64,000 nucleotides of DNA from Phaeosaccion multiseriatum (taxonomy: Eukaryota > Protista > Ochrophyta, other classes), in assembly GCA_965112735.1 (NCBI GenBank), contig OZ218956.1, positions 1,798,001 to 1,862,000 on the forward strand, given 5' to 3'. A program made the translations under genes and the position numbers. Position 1 is the first letter of the stretch. Each line of letters opens with the position of its first letter. Under the pieces are notes generated by a model. The model was not told where the DNA came from. It searched no databases and saw only the letters and a list, made by a program, of their open reading frames with translations. Shown here piece by piece: positions 51,716 through 64,000 of this stretch.

Positions 51716-54218
51716 CTATACTGTGGGTATACGGCTATTGATTAGGAGGGCACGAAAGGAGCCCTCCACCAGCAGCCCATTCTTCTTTTGCCGCCCTGTT
51801 CCCTCTTCTCCTCCTCCTCCTCCTTGTGTCACTGCCGCTACAGCAGCGCCCGCTGCCACCGCATCACTCCTATCACCACCAGCGCCGCCGCCGTCATTGC
51901 GCCAGTCAATGACGTTGACAGAGCAATTCCGCTGCCCCAGCGCTCGAACCTGCGACTCCGGAAGGTCGAGAAGCGCAGCTAGCCAGAACTTGATGAGGCT
52001 GCCGTGACTCACCGCGATGGTGGTAGACGGTCCTGTTGTTGTTGTGTTGGGTGTTTTGGTAGGCATATGGGTAGGCATGTGGGCAGGCATCAGTGCTTCG
52101 TCTTCTCCTTCTCCACCTTCCCAACCTAGCCACCAACCCACCCACCTAGCCACCCACCCACCACCCCCTTTCCCACGTGAACACTTGCCTTGCCCGCCCC
52201 CTCCTGGCGGTGCTGATGTAAGCAAAGTGGCCATTGCCGATCGCAGCCGCCCCTTCAAGTCCAGCGCGCTCTGCAAGCAGCAAGAGCAGTCGCAGACAGT
52301 CGTACAGATGTATTTCGGCAATTCATAGACACAGAGGAGAGAGAGAAACCAGAATGATGAGACGGCGGCTGGCAAATGCCCCCACGAAAAGAAAAGGGAA
52401 CGTTTTATTTTGTCTCACATCATACAATGGGAAAGCGGCGGCAGCAGCAGAGAGTGGTGAGAGAATGGAGACGGGCAAAGAGAGGGATGGACGAACGTGT
52501 GTGACTCGAAACACTTGCATGCTTGCTTGCTTGCTTGTTTGCCTGCTCACCTCTCCTGTGTTTCCGCATCGGGCCTTCTCATTCCCAGAACCCCAGCTCT
52601 AGGCCAGCGCCAGTGGGGGGGCAGAGAGGCAAAGTACCAGGTAGGGGAGAGAGACGAGAGAGAGAGAGAGAGAGAGAGCGAGAGGGAGAGCAAGAGCGAG
52701 AAAGCCTGTGTGAGAGAGGGAGATTCGAAGGGATAGTTCGAAAGCTACAACAGTGCTAAAAACATACTGTGGCCTCTCCGCAATCGAGACAGAAGAGGGA
52801 GATCAGACCACAGAGGCAAAGACAGCAGGCGGCCTGCCACACAAACTGTGTGGTCTCCGAAAACCCACACACTTTCCAAGAGCCCCCCCCCCCCTCCTCC
52901 TCCTCCTCCTCCTCCACACGAGCTTGAATGCCCACCCACCCCACCCAAACGCATGTACTCCTCCCTCCAGCTCACCACGTAGGTGGGCGCCAGCAGCACC
53001 GTAGCCTGAGCCACGGTCATTCCATCCACCTCTCCAAAATCAATCTCCTCGATGTCTTCTAAGGCTATGCGGGTGAGCTTTGAGAGGTCCACCCCAGCGC
53101 CAGAAGATGCCTTGGCACCCCCCCTCCCTCCTCCTCCTCCTCCTCCTCCTCCTCCTTCTCCTCCCCCAAGTTGTAGTTGAGAGGTGATGGCGTCAGCTGT
53201 TTCCACTGCAGCACAGCGAGCAATACAGGCCGTGGCGGGAGGCGGACATGGGAGAAAGGTTGGGTGGGGGCAGGGGAAGAAGAGAACAAGGCGTCCGACA
53301 AAAAAGGAGAGACAAGAGAGCGAGGCCATTCCCTCAACTCTCCATGGCGGTGCATATGCATGAAAGAAAACCATCCCGAGTTGGGCACGCACGCTTCCCG
53401 CAAAGCCAGTAGATACGTACAGTAGTAATTATAGGCTATACTACACCTCCAACCCTACCTGCCGCTGCATGCATGGCTGACTGCCCGTTCAGCCGCCCCC
53501 CCCCCCCTGCATATACGCACCTGCTCTCTTGAGTGGGCTGCAAGCCACGGTGGTAATCTGCCTGAGCTGCTCTGCTGGCAAAGCGCCTCTCAGGGACTTG
53601 CCCAGAGTCTCTGCTTGCCGCCTGCCTTCTGCGTTGAGAGAAGGATTCAAGCGCCGGCCTTGGCAGATCTGTGGGGGCAGTGCAGGGGATGAGCCATGTT
53701 GGCGAGGGGATGGGTCATGGTAACGAGGCTTTCCAGGACAAGGGGCGGTTGCCGGGCTCAATCAAGTCTCTGTCTCTTACCTGTTGTTTGTTCAGATCGG
53801 TCTGCCCGTGGCGCACGATAATAAGACGGCGTGCGCCGGCTTCCGGAGGCTTCAGCTGAGTCAGAAGGTCATAAACCTGCTGCTCACTCTCCTGCTGCTC
53901 TTTCTGGGGATCATCAGCCCAAGCGAATGCTGAGCCCCCCCATTGCTCTCTTCTCCAAGGAGAGGCAGAGTCGCACTGCTGCAGAACGACGGCTTGCACG
54001 CAGAGGAATCGAAGTAGATCCTTACGGGACATGCCATCGGAGACAGCGTGGGTCCCACGAGCCTCTATTTCCCTCCCCTCAGGAGGCTCATGATGAGCCC
54101 ATGCTCGTGTGCCAGATCGTGCACGCCACAGGGGCGCATGCGCAGCCTGAAAGCCATCCACTACTACTTGTGGGCTTGACAAGACCAAGGCCACCAAGAC
54201 CAACACCCCCCTAGCCAT
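51716..54218 (-). CDS. Histidine phosphatase / phosphoglycerate mutase-like protein, predicted plastid (possibly thylakoid lumen) targeted, 5-6 exons
   Basis: Exons 54218-53781, 53668-53521, 53205-52976, 52598-52551, 52270-52189, 52032-51716. Catalytic motifs LIIVRHGQT, QG..LNAEGRRQA, SPLKRAVETA, EIDFG, GES, VSHG, NCSVN. Signal peptide ends ..VVVDG|F. Confidence 0.9.
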
Positions 54219-54392
54219 TAGAAGTACATAAAAAGAGAGAAAAGGAAGAGAGGAGGCAAAAGGGAGAAAAAGAGGGAAAGAAAAAAAAAACGAAAAAAAA
54301 AAAAAGGGTGAAGTTGGAGGGTTGGGATTCGACTTCAAATGGCGACGTCGACGTTGACCTCAACCTCAAACGAAGCGAGAAAAAACGAAAAC
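54219..54392. promoter_or_regulatory. Putative bidirectional promoter (histidine phosphatase / CoA transferase)
   Basis: 120-175 bp between divergent ATGs, with poly-A tracts at 54229-54304. Confidence 0.55.
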
Positions 54393-57300
54393 ATGGCCGC
54401 GTTTCTCAGACAAATTAGGGGCAGGAAGCCAGACAAGATCTTGGCTGTCGCTACAGGTATGTTTCCCTCCAACCGAAGGCCTAACAACGTTTGCCTGGCC
54501 CTCTTACTTCGCACACACGTGGTGTTTGCCTTCCGGCTTTTCCCTTTCGCCAGCGACTCTGGCCCCCCACCCAGATGACTCCCTCATGACGAGGAGATTC
54601 ATGGCCACTCGGAAGAGCACAAGTAAGACCCCTGCCCAGGCAGGAGTGGCAGCGGCGGCAGCAGCGGCGGCGGCTGCTGCCACCGCCCCCTCCCGCCTTG
54701 AGGACAAAATCCCCCTTCCTGCTGCCCCCTCGCTCCACGAACCAATGGCGCCTCAGCTGGGCAAGTCACCCAGACTTTGTGCTCGTGCCTCGCAAGCGAT
54801 TGAGGACATATCTCACGATGCCAACGTCTTTTTACAAGGTACATTTTCCCATAAAGGATTCAACCTAAGAATTACGGGGGGGGGTTGGTAAGCTGTTTGC
54901 GTGGTGTTGTTGAAAGCTCCCTTGTCTTGCTTATCTCTTCCTCCCTCTTGGTCTCCTTCCACTCCGACCCCCTCCTGCAGGCATCGCTGCCACCCCAACC
55001 CTGCTCACGGAAGCCCTCTGCAAGCACGCTGAGACCGCTGATCTGCGGGGCATCTCTGTCTACTCGCTCCACACGGAGGGCCCCTGCCCATACGCTACCG
55101 ATGACTGGGACACAGGCCGAGTTCGTGCGAAGAGCATGGTACGTGAATGTGTGCGTGTATCTGTACATGTGTGTGTGAGTGAGGGTGGGTCTGTGCACTC
55201 GAGCGTTGCGTGCGTGCGTGTGTGTGTGTGAGAGAGAGGGAGACAGTGTGTATGTGTATGTGTATGTGTGTGTGCGTGCATGAATGCGTATGCATGCATG
55301 CTCCCATGTACCTTTGTCCCACTCACTCCTCTGCTCCTGATATTCTCGTTGTTTGGCTGCTACACGTGCTGTCCCACTGCGACGGGTGGGGATGTATCAC
55401 CAACTGCTGCTGCTGCAATAGTTCATGGCCGGAAACGTACGCAAGGCGACACAGGAGGGAAGAGCGGACTACATTCCGGTATGTACGAGACGATCTTAGT
55501 ACGTCAGACTACTTGCTGAGTCGGGCGCTTCTACATTGAAAGTGCAGAGTCTCGACCTCTTGTTGGGCTTGTATGTTGCCTGTGGCCTGTTGCCTGTTAT
55601 CTATTGTTGACTTGTCCTTACCAATGGCAGCAAGGTGCAGTCACACACACACACACACACACACACCATCTTTTTGTGTGCAATACCGGAAAGAGTGGTA
55701 CCATAAGGCTAGACGAGGTTTCTGTCCCACTCATGCGCTCTGCACCTTCTCTCTGCCTTGCCTTGCCTTGCTTTTCTCTGTTCTGCTCTCCTCTGCCCAT
55801 GTGCTTGTGCTGTGCTCTACTCTGCCCATATGCTTGTGCTGTGCTCTACCCATACGCCTGTGCTCTGCTCTGCTGGCAGGTGTTCCTGGGAGAGACTCCG
55901 CTGCTGTTTCGAGAAGGAGTCGTGCCCCTTGATGCTGCGTTGGTACAGGTGAGCGCGTCTGTATATGTGTGTGCATATATATGTGTGTGTGGGGGGGTGT
56001 GCGTGTGATGTGTGTTTGTGTAACATCCATCGCTCTTCCTCCTCCTCCCCCTCCTCCTCCTCCTCCTCCTCCTCCTCCTCCTCCTCCTCCTCCTCCTCCT
56101 CCTCCTCCCCCGCCACCCCCCCTCCTCGTCGTCGTTGTGCCTCCCTCCCTCTGCGCAAGGTATCCCCTCCCGACGAGCATGGTTATTGCTCTTTGGGCAC
56201 CAGTGTGGACTGCACAAGAGCTGCGCTACAGGCTGCCAAAACAGTCATCGGACAGGTAAGTAACATTCAGTGTCAATACTCATGGTCAATAGTCGTGTGT
56301 TGTGTGTAAGTGAGTGTGTGTGCGTGGGTGTTTGTTGTGTGTGTGTTGTGTGTGTGTATAAGTGACTGTGTGTGTAGACAAGGGTCAATAGCAGGTAGTC
56401 AGTAGTCGTATGGCGTTGCTGTTGGGCCTGCCTGGATTCTTCATTTCTTCCCGCCCTCCCCTAGTAGCATGACATGTTTGAATGACGTAACTAATGATGT
56501 GGTAGAAGACATGATGAATATGCTGACTCACTCGACTCACTCGACTCTCGCCACAGGTGAACAAGTTTGTGCCGCGGACACACGGAGACGGCATCATCCA
56601 CATCTCCAACATCGACCGTACGTACCTACTACTGCACTTGTCTTTGGTCTGACTTGACTGGACTTGACTTGGCCTGACTTTGCCTTACTGGGCTTTTGAT
56701 TGCCTTCCCTAAGCGCTGTGTAGTCTTCCTCTCACTGGCTCTCTCTCTCTCTCTTGCGTGCGACCGGAAGAATCGAACGCAATGCACACTCACTCCCCCC
56801 ATCACTCACTCACTCTCTGCACTCACTCTCTTCACTCCCTTACTCCCTCACTCACAGATGTGGTGCACCATGACCAACCGCTGTACCACACAGAGGCCAA
56901 GGCCGCATCTGAGACAGAGAGTGTTATCGGCAAGTACATCGCGGAAAACCTCGTACAGGACGAGGCGACCCTGCAGAGTAAGTTGCAGTTGCACTGGCAG
57001 AGGAAAATGGCTGGCGCTTACTCTTCCTTCCTTCTTTCCTTCCTTCCTTCCCTCCCTTCCTTCCTCCCTCCCTCCCTCCCTCCCTCCCTCCCTCCTTCCT
57101 TTCTTCCTTCCTTCCTTCCCTCCTTCCCTCCTTTTATTCCTTTCTTCTTTCCTTCCGTCCTTCCTTTCTTTCCCCCTTCCTTCCCTCTCTCTCTCCCTCC
57201 CTCTTTCCTTCCTTCCCTCCTTGCTTGCCTTACCTCCTTTTATTCCTTCTTTCCTTCCTTCCTTCCTTCCTTCCTCCCTCCCTCCCTCCATCCCTCCTGT

Positions 57301-60300
57301 CCTCCCTCCTCCCTCCCTGGCTTGCTTCCTTCAAGTGGGAATCGGCAACATCCCGAACGCTGTTTTGTCCAATCTCGTCAACCACCGCGACTTGGGTATT
57401 CACAGGTTGGGTCGAGTCCACAAAGCGAAGCGAGAAGATAAGAAGGGAGAGAAGGGGAAGCTATGGACTTATCCTTGGGCGTCTGATCTTACGCCCCTCC
57501 CCCCTTCTCCTGTTTGTTCGTGTGGTCAACAGCGAAATGTTCAGCGACGGAGTGCTTAGTTTGGTGGAAAAAGGTAAGTGTTTCGATATGATTGCTCACT
57601 TACGAACCGAAGAATAGGGTGAATGAGCTGATGTATGAGCCTACTTCCTCTGGTACTCTTCCATGAGCTTCTACGAGCCACAATTCCCCCCCGCCCTTGC
57701 CGCGTTCTTGAGGCGTTCAAGTTATGGCACCCTCTCACTCGGTTTGCTACTGTTGTGGTGTTGCTGTTGTTGGTGTTGGTGTTGCTGTTGTTGCTGTTGC
57801 TGGCGGTGGTGGTGGTGGTGGTGGGCGGTGGTGGTGGGCGGTGGTGGTGGGCGGTGGTGGTGGTGGTGTTGGTTTTGCTGGTGCTACTTCTCTTCCTGCT
57901 ACTTCTACTGCTACTGCTATTGTCTCAGGCGCCCTGACCGGCGCGAAGAAGACATCACACCAGGGAAAGCTTGTCTCGACCTTCCTCATCGGATCGCAGA
58001 AGCTTTACGACTTCGTCGACGGTAAGCACAGCAGAGCAATCACACCTCCCCCCCCACACACCCCCTCACCCCACTCACCTTTTCACCCCCCCACCAGAAA
58101 GGCAGGCAGAACCACACACTCGCTGACATAGGCTTAGCAGCTGCACCAGTGCTTTCTTCTCAGTCTCCTGTTGATGAACCATGTTCGCACGCACTCCACA
58201 CGAACCTGCCTGTCTCATGTCACTCGCTCCTCCTCCTCCTCCTCCTCCTCCTCCTCCTCCTCCTCCTCCTCCTCCTCCTCCTTAGACAATCCAATGGTAG
58301 CGATGCTTGATGTAACCAAGACCAACTCTCCGCACCTCATCGCTCAGCAACACCGCATGACAGCCATTAACTCCTGCATCGGTGAGAGAGTGGAGGGGGG
58401 GGGGAAGGAGGGAGGGAAGGAAGGAGGGAGGGAGGGAGGGAGGGAGGGAGAGGGGAGGGAGCGTGGGGGAGGGAGGGAGGGAGGGAAGGAGGGAGAGGGA
58501 GGGGAGGAGGGAGGGAAGGAGGGAGGGAGGGAAGGAGGGAGAGGGAGTTTTGAAGGTCAGCATGTGGAGAGAGGGTGGGGGAGGGAGGTGGGGAGAGTAG
58601 AGGGAGGGAGGGGGAGAGAGGGGAGGAGACGGGGGAAGGGTGGGAGAGAGAGTACAGGGAGAGGGGGGAAAGGAGGGGGAGAGGCAGGGGGGAGAGGGGA
58701 TGGAGGGGAAGAGAGTGGAGAGAGGGGGGTAGGTAGGCAGGTAGGTAGGTAGGTAGGTAGGGAGGTAGGGAGGGAGGGAGGGAGAGTAGGAGGTACGGAA
58801 GTCTGCATGGGGAGGGAGGGAGGGGCGACGGAGGTTAATCTGTGTCTGCCTTGCGTACGTAGACCCTGGGACAACCAGGTAGCACGTCGTTCGTCCCCCT
58901 ACCCACCCCCCTTCCTCCTCCTCCTCCTCCTCCTCCTCCTCCTCCTCCTCCTCGTCCTTCTTCTCCTCCTTCTCCTCCCCCTCTTCCTCCACCTCCTCCT
59001 CTTCCTCCTTCTCCTTCTTCTCCTCCTCCTCCTCCTCCTCCTCCTCCGCCTCCTCCTCCTCCTCCTCCTCCTCCTCCTCCTCCTCCTCCTCGTCCTTCTT
59101 CTCCTCCTTCTCCTTCTCCTCCCCCTCTTCCTCCACCTCCTCCTCTTCCTCCTTCTCCTCCTCCTCCTCCTCCTCCTCCTCCTCCTCCTCCTCCTCTTCC
59201 TCCACCTCCTCCTCTTCCTCCTTCTCCTCCTTCTCCTCCTCCTCCTCCTCCTCCTCCTCCTCCTCCTCCTCCTCCTCCTCCTCCTCTTCTTCTTCCTCCA
59301 CCTCCTCCTCTTCCTCCTTCTCCTCGTCCTCCTCCTCCTCCTCCTCCTCCGTCCCCCTCCCTCTCCTCCTCCTCCTCCTCCTCCTCCTCCTCCTCCTCCT
59401 CCTCCTCCTCCTCCTCCTCCTCCTCCTCCTCCTCCGTCCCCCTCCCTCTCCTCCTCCTCGTCCTCCTCCGCCTTTTCCTCCGCTTCCTCCTCCTCCTCCT
59501 CCTCCTCCTCCTCCACCTCCTCCTCCTCCTCCGCCTCCTCCTCCGCCTCCTCCTCCTTCTCCAACCAGAGATCGACTTGACTGGACAGGTGGTATCAGAC
59601 TCGATCGGGCCGAGGATGTTCTCGGGTGTGGGGGGGCAAGTCGACTTCCTACGAGGGGCCTCTCTGGCCAAGGACGGGCGAGCCATATTGGCCTTTCCTT
59701 CAAGGACACACCACGGCATTGGTCGCGTCGTTCCCTTTATAAAGGAGGGCGCAGGTAGGTGTAACCGTCAAAGTGTCATTTTAGCTGGTGTCAGAGTCGT
59801 GATTGATGTCTCTCAGGTGCTTTCAGCGCATGGGAGGCTTAGCGTCCAAGTCTATAACATTTTTCTTTTGTCGCTTGTCTCCCCTGCGAAGGTGTCGTGA
59901 CCACGAGAGCGCACGTCCATCACGTGGTTACGGAGTGGGGCGGGTAAGTGGATTTGAAAAGGGATAAGATAAAGGGTATGGGGGGGGGAGGGGAGGGTAT
60001 AGGGTATAGGGTATAGGGTATAGGGTATGTAGGGTATGGGGTATGACGTATAAGGTATAGGGTACAGGACACACAGGGTATAGGAGGGAGGGGTAGGGTA
60101 TAGGGTTTAGTGTATAGGGTATGTAGGGTATGGGTTACGACGTATAAGGTATAGGGTATAGGATAGGGTAGGGTAGGGTAGGGTTGGGGGTAGGGCAACG
60201 AGGGTATTGGGTTGTGTTGCCTGCCACTCTTTCGTGCTTCTTGGCGGCCGTGTTGGGACTTCATTTGACGTGGGTAGGGGAAGAAGCAACGCAGGAGGGA

Positions 60301-60651
60301 TGCTCCGAGTGTCCGATGAAGGTCATTCGCTACGGGTACCTACGACGAGAGAGAGGGAGGGCGAGGGAGAGAGGGAGAGAGAGGGAGAGGAGAGAGAGAG
60401 TGAGAGAGAGGGAGAGAGAGGGAGAGAAAGAGAGAGAGCGAGGGAGAGAGAGAGGGAGAGACTCACCCATCCACCCTACCCACCCCACCCGCAGGTGCGA
60501 TTTGTTCGGCATGACTCTCTCTGAGAGGGCCCAGGCGCTCATCAACATCGCCCACCCCGACGACAGAGAGGACTTGGAAGTTAGTGCATTCACGAGAGGC
60601 TTCTTGCCACCCACCTTCCGGGGGGGGGGGGTGGTGCAGCCGCAGCCCTAA
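54393..60651 (+). CDS. Acetyl-CoA hydrolase/transferase (4-hydroxybutyrate CoA-transferase / acetate:succinate CoA-transferase IB-like), 15 exons
   Basis: Phase-consistent exons 54393-54456, 54554-54838, 54981-55138, 55422-55478, 55880-55948, 56160-56255, 56557-56617, 56858-56977, 57336-57405, 57533-57573, 57929-58021, 58286-58381, 59569-59754, 59892-59943, 60495-60651. Motifs: GRADYIPVFL, VSPPDEHGYCSLGTSVD, TLQMGIGNIPNAV, LGIHSEMFSDG (catalytic Glu), SGVGGQVDF, VVTEWG, IAHPDDRE. An upstream in-frame ATG exists at 54339. Confidence 0.93.
58910..59562. repeat. (CCT)n intronic tract, about 650 bp, with higher-order subrepeats
   Basis: 3' half of CoA-transferase intron 58382-59568; the 5' half is (GGGA/GGAG)n. 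Confidence 0.95.
59970..60197 (+). repeat. Telomere-like (TATAGGG)n/(TAGGG)n intronic repeat
   Basis: GGGTATA heptamer runs at 59995-60026, continuing degenerately to about 60197. Confidence 0.85.
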
Positions 60652-60977
60652 GCAATGCAAATGCAATGCAGTGCATCGGCCCCCCGCGAGGTTTCTCTGG
60701 CCCCCGATAAGCAGAAGCCAGCGGCGGCCTACGCCGAAAGCTGACAAGTCAGGGCTGCTGCCTGGGCTGCGAGCCTGCAGACCCGAAATGCTGAATGTCA
60801 TTGAAAATCGATCTCTTCGATTTTCCTTCATCGCTTGCGAGGCAAAATCATCTTGGGGGAAAAGCAAAAGATGAAAGGGCAGCAGAGCCACATCCTGTAG
60901 CCATAGTCTTGTTAGTTCCTTACAGTCTCTTCCTTCCGATTTCCTGGACGCTACAAATGACTTCCTGACTCTTCTTG

Positions 60978-61870
60978 ATGGTGCCCGTTGGCTCAATGAG
61001 AGAGGACGAGATGGCGACGAGGGAAGGGATTGCCTGTGCAAACGCGGCTGAGACACAGCAGAGGGACGCCTCGATCAAGCAGCGGTCTCTCCACCGAAGC
61101 TCAGGCAGGAGCAGCAGCGCCAGTAGCACCAGAAGCAATGGCCAGATCAGCGGCAAGAGCGCAAGCCGGATCAGCGAGCCCCTCCGGCCGTGCAGCCCCG
61201 GCTGTATGAGAATCGTCTCCTGGAACGTTAATGGACTGCGCAGTGTGGCTGGAGAGGGAGGATTCGGGTCCCTGCAAGCGCTTTTGGAGGTTAGTGCCGC
61301 ATGCCTGCCTGTTGTCTTTTCCCTCATCCCCGTGGCAATTTGCGATGCCCCCGCTCTAAAGCGGAAGGCTCTCCATATTTTTATTAAGCTACCTGAGTGT
61401 AAGGAGCATTTAGTAAAGGAGGTGGTGGTGCTGTCATGGGTGCGTAATGAAATGTGTGTATCGTCAGACGGGCGGATGGATTGCCTGGCATGGCACGAAG
61501 GGCGACAGCTTCCACGGGCCTTTTATGGGCTGGAGCGTCTCGTCTCCTTTTGGAGCAAAGGATGGCTGCACACCACGGCTGTCAATAGAATGGACTAGCA
61601 ACTGCCTCGACGCTTTAACACCCCTTCCCTCGTCGTCCTTCTCATTCTTCGTCCTCTTTCGCTTCGGTTGTGGCCTCTTTTGCTCGCGCCCACCTCTCCC
61701 TCGCACTCACCCAGCACTTGGATGCTGACATTGCATGCTTTCAAGAGACCAAAATAACGCGCCAGGCGATTGACGATAGACTCGCCAGGTGAGGCATTTG
61801 AAAGCGGCGTCGGGTAAGCCCTTGGGACATGATGCTTTGGAACTGCGACGCTGTTTTTCCGACTGGGCTG

Positions 61871-61907
<37 letters not shown>

Positions 61908-62871
61908 TCTGCTGCTTGGCTTGTACGGGTCCTGTGTGTGAGAGTGTGTAAGGTGTGACTAGCTTGAGCGCGACTGAACTCGGCCTCCTTTCACTCGACA
62001 GGGTCCCCGGATACCATGCCTTCTTTAGCTTCTGCCAGCTAGAGACGCACAAGCACTACAGCGGCGTCGTGACCTTTGTTCGAGCGAGAAAGGCGCCCGT
62101 AGCTTCATTGGCAAGAGGGGGAACAAGAGGAGGAGGAGGAGGAGGAGGAGGAGGAGGAGGAGGAGGAGGAGGGATAGAACCAGGAGCAGCAGCAGCAGCA
62201 GCAGCAGCAGGAGGAGGAGGAGGTGCAATAGCAGAAGCAGCAGCAAGTCCCTCTCGCAGTCGGGTGGTGTGGTCCATATGCCCGCCTGCCCGTGCCGCAG
62301 CGACCAGCTTTCTGGACGGAGCCTTCTTTGGGGAAGAGGTGGGTAATAGTATTAGATTGGACATATCCCCTCCTCTCCCCCTCCATCGCTTGCTACTCGC
62401 TCTGTGCTTTTGTGTTGCTTCGCCGTCTCCTCTCTGGGGTAGTGTTGTAGAACCCTGTTGGACTGGGGCGTCCCTTTGAGCCGACGTCTCCGCAAGCAAG
62501 TGTTGCACTTGTCCGTCACGATGCTCACCCCCCCCCCCCCACCTCTCCCCCCCCCCCCACCACACACACACATCCCACGCGCGTCCTCTCTCCTCCCCCC
62601 GTAGGCCCTTCCTGAGCACCTAACTGCGGCGAGGGTTCAAGAGCTAGATAAGGAAGGCAGAATGGTCGCCACAGGTAAGACGCGCGAACAATTGGGCACT
62701 GTCGATGCCTCTCCCCACAGTCGGGAAAGGGCGTTGTACATTAGCACCAAGAACGCTCCCTGGGCAGCTGTCTAACGCTCTCTGGGCAGCTGTCTAACGC
62801 TCTCTTTAGACTCTCCCTGTTTCCCGCTCTCTCTTTTGTGTCTGTGTGTGCTTTCTCTCTCGCGATCTCTC

Positions 62872-62902
<31 letters not shown>

Positions 62903-63375
62903 GACTCCGTCTTTCTCCCCCCCCTCCTCTCTCTGTGCGGCTGTCACCCACCCGCCCGCCCCCCCCCCCCTTGCCATCAACAACTATCATTTGGCTTGAC
63001 CCCTCTGTCCTCCCCCCCCCTTCACTTCAGACCACGGCGACTTTGTCCTCATCAACGTGTACTCTCCGTGCGTGGGATGCGGCGACGAGGAGCGAGAGGA
63101 AGAGAGAGCCGAGTTTAAGCTGGACTTCCAGGTACTTCCCCTGCAGGGGGGTGGGGGGTTCCTTGTAAACAACCGAGACGCCGTTGCTCGTCCAAGGAAG
63201 CTCGGATGGTCAAAGAGTGTGGTACTGCAGAGCTCCTGGACTTGACTTACCCCTCCTCCCCCTCTTGCAGACTCATTCGTTACGTACGGTCCTTCCTTCA
63301 GCCAAAACGCAACCTCCCGCCTCCATCGACACGAATACAAGCACAAACACGAACAAAAACGTCATTCGAGTGACC

Positions 63376-63419
<44 letters not shown>

Positions 63420-64000
63420 ATCACCAACTGCTGTTGCTCCTACCTTGTCCCAGGCCATTCTCGGTGCTCGGATTCGCAACCTCAGACGGAGAGGGCGTCA
63501 AGTGGTGCTGCTTGGGGACCTCAATGCATGCCCAACTGCTCAGGTACGCCCCGTGGATGCGGCCCGGGTAGAGTGGGTGGTTAGAGTGAGTCCCAAACAA
63601 GGATAGGACAGAACACATGAGCCAATGTCATAAGGCTTTCCTTCGTGGAGGTAGGAGTCACCTTCTTCCTCTTCCTCTCCCTCGCCTTCTTTCTCCCCAC
63701 TTGTCTCCTTCCCCTCCTTGTCTCTCTCTGTCGGGCATCTCCCGATCTGCTACGACCCATCCTCTACCTCTACTGCCCTGGACCTGTGCCAGGCGAATAG
63801 AAGGCTGCCAAGCAACACGATTCATGTTACAACCCGAGCCTACATCCCCACCCACACCACTTCTCACCCACCTGATGATGATCTGTGGCCGACCTTTCGC
63901 CCCTCAGGACACTGCCTACCATATCGACGAGAAGAGACTGGCCAAGAGCACTGGGGGCTCTTGGTTGAGGGGCATGCTCGGTATTACAGACTCCGTACTG
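60978..64000 (+). CDS. APEX2: ExoIII-family AP endonuclease, APE2-like; 3'-truncated by the window
   Basis: Exons 60978-61289, 61715-61788, 62002-62338, 62605-62674, 63031-63131, 63454-63543, 63908->64000. Motifs: MRIVSWNVNGLR, LDADIACFQETK, GYHAFFSFC..YSGVVTF, LDKEGR, LINVYSP, R.EFK..F, VVLLGDLN. APE2 versus APE1 is inferred from ..ARIRNL..GRQVV. Confidence 0.85.

Noticed and set aside
58282-59719. Long ORFs of poly-E/G/R/L
   Set aside because: Stop-free readings of intronic (CCT)n/(GGA)n microsatellites. The same applies to most short overlapping ORFs in the track.

Overview
Eukaryotic, GC-rich, intron-rich genomic DNA saturated with microsatellites. It is most likely from a flagellated ochrophyte (stramenopile) alga, because it has bipartite signal+transit plastid presequences and an axonemal dynein assembly factor. 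I reconstructed 13 protein-coding genes by hand from splice sites and conserved motifs: a truncated low-complexity gene end, inositol polyphosphate 5-phosphatase with split C2 domain (-), PKA-like AGC kinase (+), APC7 (-), DNAAF4/DYX1C1 (+), TetA/DHA1-like MFS transporter (-), C2-GRAM-myotubularin (+), PPR protein (-), plastid-targeted tandem YciI-like protein (+), PPR-SMR protein (-), plastid/lumen-targeted histidine phosphatase (-), acetyl-CoA hydrolase/ASCT-type CoA transferase (+) and APE2-type AP endonuclease (+, truncated). Ten of them form five tight head-to-head pairs. The most striking unexplained signal is a dispersed 15-nt element, CAGTTGGTGATACAG: a frame-preserving 9-nt core TTGGTGATA set in or beside (CAG)n tracts, present about 25 times. 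It obeys a strict strand rule in this window: sense in exons (read as QLVIQ or VGDT, never the stop-containing frame) and antisense in introns, often near the 3' splice site. Exon boundaries are manual predictions without transcript support. No rRNA, tRNA, CRISPR array or autonomous transposon was recognised.
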